Below are positions 24,463 to 31,085 of a stretch of 32,000 nucleotides of DNA, piece by piece; the first letter of the stretch is position 1, and each line of letters starts with the position of its first letter. The notes beneath the pieces were generated by a model, which was not told where the DNA came from, made no database searches, and saw only the letters and a list, made by a program, of their open reading frames with translations. The stretch spans positions 5,220,001 to 5,252,000 of the forward strand of contig NZ_CP074694.1 in the NCBI RefSeq assembly GCF_018398935.1, given 5' to 3'. Origin of the DNA: Telmatocola sphagniphila (lineage in GTDB: Bacteria; Planctomycetota; Planctomycetia; Gemmatales; Gemmataceae). The position numbers and the translations under genes were made by a program.

Positions 24463-25692
24463 CTAAAAGCGGGCGACGCTGAAGGGTTTCAAGTCGATGT
24501 GCGGCTTTCGATTGCTCAGCGCCTCGGCAATCAGTTTCCCAGTTACCGGGGCCATGCTCAAACCGAGCATGTTGTGCCCGGCCGCAATCCAGACATTCGA
24601 ATATTTCGGACTGCGGTCGATGATCGGTTTCGAATCGTAGGTCATCGGCCGCCAGCCGTACCATTCCTCTTCGATCGGATCGTTGGCCGGATCCAGATAG
24701 TGCTTGGCCGCTTCTTGCAGATAATTCAACCGCGTTCTGTTGATGCTCGTGTCATAACCGGCGAATTCCATGGTGGAGCCGATGCGGTAGCCGCTGTGCA
24801 TCGGCGTCACGGCCACCCGATGTTCTTCGAAAATCAACGGAATACTGGGGCACTTGATCGGGCGCGGCATGGTAATCGAATAGCCCTTGCCCGGTTGAAT
24901 CGGGATTTTGCAACCCAGTTCCCGATTCAGAAAAGGCGTCATCGCACCGGTGGCCACCACGAAGTAATCGGCGGTCATCTCTCCCTGGGATGTGGCAATC
25001 GCGGAACCATTGCCAACGAAGCCATCGACGGAGCAATTTTCCACGATGGTCGCGCCGCGCTCGGTCAGAATTTTACGGAAAGCCGACATCAGTTTGTCAG
25101 GCCGGAGATGCGCATCCCCTTCGTAGAGCCAGCCGCCCGCCAGACCCGGCTTCAGTGCCGGTTCCAGTTTCAGAAGTTCTTCTCCCGCAAATGGCTTGGC
25201 CGGCATGGCAAAAGTATCTTTGAGCAGATGATCGGTTTCTTCGTAGTGATGAAACGCCTTATCCGTCTGGAAAACGAAGAGCAATCCCTTCTTTTCCCAT
25301 TCGCAATCGATCGGCTCCTGGGCCAGCAATTCGTCGTAGAGATGTCGCGAAGAATTTAAAAGAGCTTGAATCTCATGCCCGGCCTGCAGCATGTCGCGAT
25401 TGTTGCAGCGGCGGGCAAAGTGCAACAGCCAGGACCAGAGTTTCCAATCGAGGCGAGGCTTGATATAAAACGGGGCCGATTTTTTAAACATGGAGCCGAG
25501 GGCGGTTTTGATCGCTCCCGGCGTGGTCAGTGGTAGCACATGGGAAGGACATACGAAACCGCAATTGCCGCGCGAACAGGCCTGCCCGAAACCGGCGCGA
25601 TCCAGGATCGTCAGCGAATGCCCTTCTTTTTGCAGGTAATAGGCACATGCCGCGCCGACCACTCCGCCCCCGATAACGACGATCTTCGCCAT
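24463..25692 (-). CDS. FAD-dependent oxidoreductase, DadA-like; candidate D-hydroxyproline dehydrogenase
   Basis: N-terminal FAD fold MAKIVVIGGGVVGAACAYYLQKEGHSLTILDR with DadA-like length and layout. The gene lies 12 bp downstream of the hydroxyproline-epimerase-like gene in the same orientation. Confidence 0.7.
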   Translation of the reverse strand: MAKIVVIGGGVVGAACAYYLQKEGHSLTILDRAGFGQACSRGNCGFVCPSHVLPLTTPGAIKTALGSMFKKSAPFYIKPRLDWKLWSWLLHFARRCNNRDMLQAGHEIQALLNSSRHLYDELLAQEPIDCEWEKKGLLFVFQTDKAFHHYEETDHLLKDTFAMPAKPFAGEELLKLEPALKPGLAGGWLYEGDAHLRPDKLMSAFRKILTERGATIVENCSVDGFVGNGSAIATSQGEMTADYFVVATGAMTPFLNRELGCKIPIQPGKGYSITMPRPIKCPSIPLIFEEHRVAVTPMHSGYRIGSTMEFAGYDTSINRTRLNYLQEAAKHYLDPANDPIEEEWYGWRPMTYDSKPIIDRSPKYSNVWIAAGHNMLGLSMAPVTGKLIAEALSNRKPHIDLKPFSVARF

Positions 25693-25704
25693 GTCGCTTT
25701 CCTG

Positions 25705-26640
25705 CTAACTAATTCCATTTCGAAAGGGATCGGCCGGGTCCACCAACAAAGTGTTATCCCCGGTGATGTAGGCTTCGCCGCGAATGGTGGGATAAAGCAC
25801 GCCGTCGCGTACCTGCACCCAGCCTTCGAAGACGCTGCCGATGATACTCTCCTGTCGCCAGATCTGCCCCGGTTGGAGTTTCCCGGCCGCGTGGAGACAA
25901 GCCAGCTTGGCGGATGTTCCGGTTCCACAGGGAGAGCGGTCGTATGCCGCCCCTGGGCAAAGCACAAAATTCCGACCCTGATTAGTAGTCTCCGCGGCGG
26001 GTCCGATCAATTCGATGTGATCGATTTCGCCACCCGCTTCGCCGGTGATGCGATTGGCTTCCAGCGACTGCCGAATCTTGTTTGAACAATCGAGCAGCCG
26101 ATTCAAATGCTTCAAAGAAAGCGGAATACCGTGATCTTCACAGAGAAAAAACCAGTTGCCGCCCCAGGCGATGTCGCCCGAGAGCATGCCATAGCCCTCG
26201 ACAGGTATCCGCACCTGGGTTGAGTAACGGTAGCTGGGCACGTTATCGAGTGTCACCCGGTTTTTACCGTCGTATTCGAAAGGAACAATGCCGACTGTGG
26301 TTTCCAGCAAGTGCCGGCCGGGAGTGATTTTGCCCAGGTGGCCGAGCGTTACCCCGACACCGATGGTGCCATGGCCGCACATGTTCAGATAGCCAACGTT
26401 ATTGAAGAAGATCACCCCGGCCACGCAGCGCGGATCGGTGGGGGGAACCAGCAGGGCACCCACCAGTACATCATGGCCGCGCGGTTCCAGAATCACCGTT
26501 TTTCGAAAATCGTCGAAGCGGTCGCGAAAAATGGTTTTGCGTTCGGACAGTGGCCCGACACCGAGATCGGGGCCGCCTTCCACTATCACACGAGTCGGCT
26601 CGCCGCCCGTGTGGGAATCGATTACGCGAATCTTCTTCAT
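25705..26640 (-). CDS. Proline racemase family protein, two-cysteine type; candidate 4-hydroxyproline 2-epimerase
   Basis: Both catalytic cysteine motifs are intact (NMCGHGTIG and DRSPCGTGTSAKLA). This indicates a racemase/epimerase rather than the Cys-to-Thr/Ser dehydratase type. Flanking DadA-like and DHDPS-family genes favour hydroxyproline as substrate. Confidence 0.8.
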   Translation of the reverse strand: MKKIRVIDSHTGGEPTRVIVEGGPDLGVGPLSERKTIFRDRFDDFRKTVILEPRGHDVLVGALLVPPTDPRCVAGVIFFNNVGYLNMCGHGTIGVGVTLGHLGKITPGRHLLETTVGIVPFEYDGKNRVTLDNVPSYRYSTQVRIPVEGYGMLSGDIAWGGNWFFLCEDHGIPLSLKHLNRLLDCSNKIRQSLEANRITGEAGGEIDHIELIGPAAETTNQGRNFVLCPGAAYDRSPCGTGTSAKLACLHAAGKLQPGQIWRQESIIGSVFEGWVQVRDGVLYPTIRGEAYITGDNTLLVDPADPFRNGIS

Positions 26641-26662
26641 TCGAGTGGCACCCGAAAAGGAA

Positions 26663-27562
26663 TTAGCCGATTTTAGGACGGTTGGCTATCGCGGTGCGGA
26701 TGATTTTCAGAATTGCTTCCCGCTCGGCCCCGACGATAGGCAGACGCGGCGCCCGCACCATTTCGCTGCCCATGCCGACCTCGGCCATGGCCAATTTGAT
26801 GTACTGCACCAGTTTCATGTGGGTATCCAGGTGCAATAACGGGGTGTACCAGCGGTAGACTTTCACAGCCTCGGCATAGTTATTCGCCATGGCCAGGTCC
26901 CAAAGCAAACGGTTTTCGGCCGGGAAGGCATTCACCAGTCCCGATACCCAACCGACGGCCCCGAGCATCACGCTTTCCAGAGCCAGATCGTCCACGCCGC
27001 AGAGCAACGTGTAGCGATCGCCGCAGACATTCTTCAAATCCGTGATCCGGCGAACGTTTTCCGACGATTCCTTGATGGCAACGAACTTCGGTTCGTCCGC
27101 CATGCTCAGGAACATCTCGGGAGTGATGTCGACTCCGTAAGCGACCGGATTGTTATAAACCATGATCGGCAGATCGCTGGCCTTGGCCACGGTTCGGAAG
27201 TGGACGATCGTTTCACGCGGGTCGCTCTTGTAGACCATGCCGGGCAGGACCATTAAGCCGTGAATACCCGCTTTCTGGCAATCGGCGGAATAGCGACAGG
27301 CCAAATTTGTGGTCGTCTCGGCCACACCGCTGAGCACTGGCACCCGACCCTTAGCCGCTTCCAGAGCGCACTTGAGGACCTGGAACTTCTCAGCGTACTC
27401 CAGCGAGCAATTCTCCCCGACGGTGCCGAGCATGATCAGCCCGTGCACCCCGGCCGCGATCAACTTCTCGATATGCAGGGCCGTTCCTTCGAAATCGATG
27501 GATTGATCGGCGTGGAACTGTGTGGTTACCGCAGGGTAGACACCTTGCCAGGTCACTTTCAT
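26663..27562 (-). CDS. DHDPS/N-acetylneuraminate lyase family protein; candidate 1-pyrroline-4-hydroxy-2-carboxylate deaminase
   Basis: A class I aldolase family pattern is present (GLIMLGTVGE, GVAETTT, Schiff-base lysine context FVAIKESS). It is the first gene of a tightly spaced 3-gene minus-strand cluster with the epimerase and FAD dehydrogenase. Confidence 0.7.
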   Translation of the reverse strand: MKVTWQGVYPAVTTQFHADQSIDFEGTALHIEKLIAAGVHGLIMLGTVGENCSLEYAEKFQVLKCALEAAKGRVPVLSGVAETTTNLACRYSADCQKAGIHGLMVLPGMVYKSDPRETIVHFRTVAKASDLPIMVYNNPVAYGVDITPEMFLSMADEPKFVAIKESSENVRRITDLKNVCGDRYTLLCGVDDLALESVMLGAVGWVSGLVNAFPAENRLLWDLAMANNYAEAVKVYRWYTPLLHLDTHMKLVQYIKLAMAEVGMGSEMVRAPRLPIVGAEREAILKIIRTAIANRPKIG

Positions 27563-28031
27563 GGATATTTCCTATCGGGAAGAAGACAAAACTTATTATT
27601 GCATCCAAAAGCAAATTTGGCAATGGTTGTTCCGGTTCTTGTTCGGAAAGCTTCTCGCAGTACTTGATCCGAAACGGACTGGAAAACAATCGAAATTCGC
27701 TCCTGCATTCTCTTTATCAGGAGGTAATCAGGTCATCATTTTATGTGAGAAGCCAACGAAAGATTGATGAGTTTTAAAGAGAAAGCCTTATTTTGAGACA
27801 GATTGCGAAACTCATGCTGCCAATCTCGCAATTTGAGGACGTTGCTTTACCCGGTTACAAAGTTGCCACCGCAAATTGATTCAGTCCCTGTAGCAAAATG
27901 GCTCAGAGTTCATTTTTACAAATTCCAAAAAGGCTTTACGATCTGGAAGATGGGCCGAATTTGCGTTTATTTTAGGCTCAAACTCCCCCTTTTGGGCTCT
28001 TTCGGGCTCTGTTTGAAACTATTTGCTCTTT

Positions 28032-28049
28032 TGGCACGGTCATTGCATT
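28032..28049 (+). promoter_or_regulatory. Sigma-54 (RpoN) -24/-12 promoter element
   Basis: TTGGCACGGTCATTGCAT reads as TGGCACG-N4-TTGCA, a base-perfect match to the canonical YTGGCACG-N4-TTGCW consensus. GG is at 28033-34 and GC at 28045-46. The predicted transcription start is near 28058, 3 nt before the first hairpin of the downstream structured region. Confidence 0.6.
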
Positions 28050-28057
28050 TAAATATT

Positions 28058-28268
28058 TTCGTGCGGTAGCGAGTCCCGCACACGGGTCGGGAATGCGAGT
28101 CCCCGATCCACTTTCTCATCAGTTCTCTCTTCAAGGGTGGACACGAGAGCCAAAAACTGGAGTGCGAGTTCCAGTTCAAAACTCTCGTGTCCTCACCTCG
28201 TTTCATCGAGAACGAAATAATTAAAGCCACCCGATTCAGATAGCTCTGAGTCGGGTGGCTTCTTTTAT
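28058..28268 (+). ncRNA. Candidate sigma-54-dependent structured small RNA (about 210 nt) with three GCGAGU-loop hairpins
   Basis: H1 pairs 28061-66 with 28076-81. H2 pairs 28084-91 with 28102-09 and includes one G.U. A CU-rich linker spans 28111-34. H3 has an 11-bp outer stem (28139-49/28182-92) and a 7-bp inner stem (28155-61/28170-76). A 16-bp terminator stem follows. The apical loops read UAGCGAGUC, AAUGCGAGUC and GUGCGAGU. The two wobble pairs are G.U only on the + strand. I recognise no matching RNA family. Confidence 0.55.
28225..28268 (+). terminator. Strong intrinsic terminator (usable in both directions)
   Basis: AGCCACCCGATTCAGA (28225-40) pairs with TCTGAGTCGGGTGGCT (28245-60): 16 bp including one U.G, with tetraloop TAGC. 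It is followed by TCTTTTAT on the + strand. On the - strand it is followed by TTTAATTATTT and lies about 33 nt past the desaturase stop (28293). Confidence 0.8.
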
Positions 28269-28292
28269 GGGCGAACGCTACTTTTTTGGTTG

Positions 28293-29159
28293 TCAGTTGG
28301 TCGTGGGAATCATCTTCTTGGCAGGCGGCTTGCGCAGATCCCAAACCAATCCGAAGACGTTCATCACTTTGAGTGTGTAATAGCTGATGTCGATTTCCCA
28401 CCAGTAGAAGCCTTGATTGGCCGAGCTCATGTAGTGGTGGTGATTGTTGTGCCAGCCTTCGCCCAGGGTGACGATTGCCACCAGAGCGTTGTTGCGGCTC
28501 TGGTCGGTCGTGGCGAAGCGTCGGCTACCCCAGACGTGGCAGAGAGAATTCACCAGGAACGTACCGTGGTAAAGCACAACGGTGCTGATTACGAATCCCC
28601 AGACGAAGGCCGACCAGCCTGAACCCGAGGTGAAGTAACCGTAGAGATAACAGGCCACACCAAGCAAAAATGCCGGGATATAGTGGAATTTTTCGAGCAG
28701 CAGGATCTCGGGGTACTTCAGAAAATCCTTGACGCCGTGCAGGTCGACGTTGTCCTCGTTGCTGTCGAGAACCCAGCCCACATGCGACCACCAGAGGCCG
28801 TGTCGAATGGGAGAATGCGGATCGTTTTCCTGATCGGAATATTTGTGGTGATCGCGGTGATTGGCGGCCCACCAGAGCGGCCCTTTCTGCAGGGCGCTGG
28901 CGCCGATCCAGCCCATCATGAAGCCGACGAATCGATTCGTTTTATAAGCGCGGTGGCTGAAATACCGATGGTAACCAGCGGTGATCCCAAACATCCGAAG
29001 CACATACAAGCCGACGCAAAGTGCTACTACGTCCCAGGTGACAGGAACAAAGAAAACAGCAACAACGGCCAGGTGAAGAAGGATAAAGGGAACTTTGTTG
29101 ATATTGCGGGCGAAAAAACCGGAAGGAAGGGTGGATTGAACGGCCATATTGTTGGCCAT
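28293..29159 (-). CDS. Acyl-CoA (delta-9 type) fatty acid desaturase
   Basis: All three histidine boxes are present (HRYFSHRAY, HRDHHKYSD, HNNHHHY), and the hydrophobic segments are arranged as in the membrane desaturase family. Start set at ATG 29159 (MANNMAVQS...). The ORF is open up to 29219. Confidence 0.85.
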   Translation of the reverse strand: MANNMAVQSTLPSGFFARNINKVPFILLHLAVVAVFFVPVTWDVVALCVGLYVLRMFGITAGYHRYFSHRAYKTNRFVGFMMGWIGASALQKGPLWWAANHRDHHKYSDQENDPHSPIRHGLWWSHVGWVLDSNEDNVDLHGVKDFLKYPEILLLEKFHYIPAFLLGVACYLYGYFTSGSGWSAFVWGFVISTVVLYHGTFLVNSLCHVWGSRRFATTDQSRNNALVAIVTLGEGWHNNHHHYMSSANQGFYWWEIDISYYTLKVMNVFGLVWDLRKPPAKKMIPTTN

Positions 29160-29260
29160 TCTTCCTAGTGTCGGTACGTTCAAACGTGGAACCTCGAAAA
29201 AATCGGCCTGCGGTAGCAACCAGCAGAAGCCTCAAACCTGAGCGAACTAAAATCAGCGCG

Positions 29261-29458
29261 TTAGACGGGGCCCCGAGTGCCTTTTTGAATATTGCGAAGT
29301 TTCCGCAATTCGGCGCGCCGACGGACTTCGCAAGGCTTTTCGTAATGCTCGTGCTTTCGAAGTTCCTTTTTCAAGCCACTCCGCTCAATCAATTTCTTGA
29401 ACCGACGCAAAGCAGCCCCAATTGGCTCTCGATCATGAACGCGCATCCGAATCGACAT
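29261..29458 (-). CDS. rpsU: 30S ribosomal protein S21
   Basis: A 65-aa basic protein. [56 protein letters not shown] follows the S21 pattern (ALRRFK...G...E.R....YEKP...R.R). GAGG lies 5-8 nt upstream of the ATG. Confidence 0.9.
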   Translation of the reverse strand: MSIRMRVHDREPIGAALRRFKKLIERSGLKKELRKHEHYEKPCEVRRRAELRKLRNIQKGTRGPV

Positions 29459-29686
29459 AGTGCCTCACAAACGCAAAGTTCCCTCATCCCCATGAGGAGG
29501 GAAGTAAAAAACTAAGATACGGGTTAGATAGTATAGCACGCAAAATTCAAGCGTCTACAGCGCATTCCAACGCGCTAACGAATTTTTTTGTTTTTAACCC
29601 GTAACCTTATCCATCGGCATCCGAAAGGCACTCGGTTTACCCAAAAATCATAGGACACTTCCGAAAGGATCTCTCGCGGAATCTGA

Positions 29687-30061
29687 TCAAATCATCCGAC
29701 TTTGTTGCTCGAAGTAATAACGCAGAAATAGCACTAAAACACCACTAAAATACCAGAAGGAGCCGCCCAGCCAGAGCAGAAACGGCCGAAAAGTATCGTC
29801 CCAGTAGCGGATCGAGAAAACGGCACCCATTGCCAGCGGTATCAGCATGCCGATCAGGCCGACGATCAGACGAAGAATTCCGTCCTCAATTAGAAACATG
29901 GCTCCAAATAGGGCCAGGGCCACACCGAAAAGAGCCCGCCACATCAGGCTTTCACGGAATGCCAACAGACAAATCTGCGACATGCCGAGCACCAGAGGAA
30001 TCGCCCCAATGGCAAAGAGCATCAGAGCAATAGCCAGCATTGCTGTCGGATGACTGGACAT
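29687..30061 (-). CDS. Small integral membrane protein (about 4 TM helices), function unknown
   Basis: A 124-aa ORF that is almost entirely hydrophobic, with four helix-length segments (AMLAIALMLFAIGAIPLVLG, ALFGVALALFGAMFLI, LIVGLIGMLIPLAMGAVF, FLLWLGGSFWYFSGVLVLFL). Confidence 0.6.
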   Translation of the reverse strand: MSSHPTAMLAIALMLFAIGAIPLVLGMSQICLLAFRESLMWRALFGVALALFGAMFLIEDGILRLIVGLIGMLIPLAMGAVFSIRYWDDTFRPFLLWLGGSFWYFSGVLVLFLRYYFEQQSRMI

Positions 30062-30412
30062 ACTGAATTAACGTGTACCCCCGAGTTCTACTCCCACTCG
30101 TCCTTCGAAACCCCCAAATTTCGGGATACCTACCATTCTACAGTTCGAAATAACTCTCCGCCCGTGCAATACAGAGAGCTTCGATTCTTTTGGAAATTTT
30201 AGGTCGGATTCTGAGGGCTAGGCGATGTGGTCTCCCCGGGGTACTACTTCTCGGCGATTCCGGGGCTCGTATCGGAAGTCAAGTTGGTTCAGGACAATTC
30301 CGTACTGTCGTATCGGGTTGTCTTGAAGGTACGAAGGAGGACTTAAGTGTGGATCGCACCGTGAGCCATTAAGCGGAAGCAAATTAAGGATTTGGATATC
30401 TCAAAAAATATC

Positions 30413-30440
30413 TTGACATAAATTATGTACAAGTTAATAT
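30413..30440 (+). promoter_or_regulatory. Near-consensus sigma-70-type promoter (TTGACA-N16-TAATAT)
   Basis: TTGACA is at 30413-18 and TAATAT at 30435-40, in an AT-rich tract about 125 nt upstream of the lipoprotein ATG (30565). This is a sequence match only. Planctomycete housekeeping promoter rules are poorly defined. Confidence 0.4.
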
Positions 30441-30564
30441 CACCAAATCTTCATCTTCGTAAAAAAAGAGCTCGGCAAAATTCTACTAAATGTAGTTGTG
30501 ATTTTGCAGAAATTAGATTTTGTTTTAACTGTAATTTTTTCCGGGCACGGATTCAAGAAAGTAT

Positions 30565-31017
30565 ATGTCCCAAATACCCTTTCCTGTTTCGAAATACCGT
30601 CACTTAGTTATTATAATTTTGCTGGGTTCTCTTACCGGATGCAGCGCTCCGGATGATGGTCGAGTGGAAATCAAAGGGACCGTCCAGTTAAAAGGTAAGC
30701 CGATAGCCGATGGAGCGATGATTCAGTTCTTTCCGCAGGAAAATCAAAGTACTGAAGGTTTGGTTGCTACCAAAAATGGCGCCTTCACTCTGCCGAAATC
30801 GAATGGGCTCAAGCCCGGCAAATATAAAGTGACCGTGAGTCTGGGGGACGGAAAGACGGCTGTCAATCCTGTCGAAGGAGGGTCGCCGCCGGGTCCGGGT
30901 GGCGGAACGAACATTATTTCCAAAGAGCTCGTTCCTTCCGATTGGAACAAAAAATCCAAACAGACTGTAACGGTGACCAAGGAAGGCCCGAATAAATTCG
31001 ACTTCGATATTCCCTGA
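30565..31017 (+). CDS. Lipoprotein with carboxypeptidase-regulatory-like beta-sandwich domain
   Basis: Signal peptide with lipobox ([14 protein letters not shown]|SAP). The body is [27 protein letters not shown]...GKYKVTVSL, plus a [10 protein letters not shown] linker. It sits immediately upstream of a DUF1559 gene, a recurrent pairing in Planctomycetes. Confidence 0.75.
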   Translation: MSQIPFPVSKYRHLVIIILLGSLTGCSAPDDGRVEIKGTVQLKGKPIADGAMIQFFPQENQSTEGLVATKNGAFTLPKSNGLKPGKYKVTVSLGDGKTAVNPVEGGSPPGPGGGTNIISKELVPSDWNKKSKQTVTVTKEGPNKFDFDIP

Positions 31018-31085
31018 TGATTCCATTCAGGGCTTTTCGCACTCAAATTCTAGTTCTTTACTCGCACGAATCGAAGGAGATGAGT

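Noticed and set aside
27618-27634. Second sigma-54-like element TGGCAATGGTTGTTC
   Set aside because: Only the -24 half (TGGCA) matches. The -12 position reads GTTC instead of TTGC, so this is not a credible RpoN promoter.
28093-28224. A 43-codon ATG ORF (MRVPDPLSHQFSLQGWTREPKTGVRVPVQNSRVLTSFHRERNN) inside the candidate sRNA
   Set aside because: No Shine-Dalgarno is present, and the ATG is buried in the loop and stem of hairpin 2. The peptide has no recognisable features. The long perfect stems with strand-specific G.U pairs are better explained by RNA structure. A dual-function RNA cannot be excluded without Ribo-seq.
27803-28401. ORFs 27803-28069 (+, 88 aa) and 27967-28401 (-, 144 aa) in the large intergenic gap
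   Set aside because: The translations are Cys/Arg/Leu-rich and low-complexity, with no family resemblance. The minus ORF overlaps the 3' end of the desaturase gene in another frame and runs through the terminator hairpin and the structured RNA.
30061-30140. Possible tRNA/tmRNA-like T-arm (TTCGAAACCCCC) and a general search for tRNA, rRNA, CRISPR or transposase signatures
   Set aside because: The TTCGAA motif lacks the flanking complementary G/C stems of a T-arm, and no acceptor or anticodon arms can be drawn. I saw no spaced direct-repeat array, rRNA-like sequence or transposase/integrase ORF anywhere in the window.
30190-30372. A 60-aa TTG-initiated ORF (MEILGRILRARRCGLPGVLLLGDSGARIG...) in the gap upstream of the lipoprotein gene
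   Set aside because: It has a non-ATG start, no SD, and a Gly/Arg/Ser-rich low-information sequence. This is more likely a chance open frame in a GC-rich non-coding segment.
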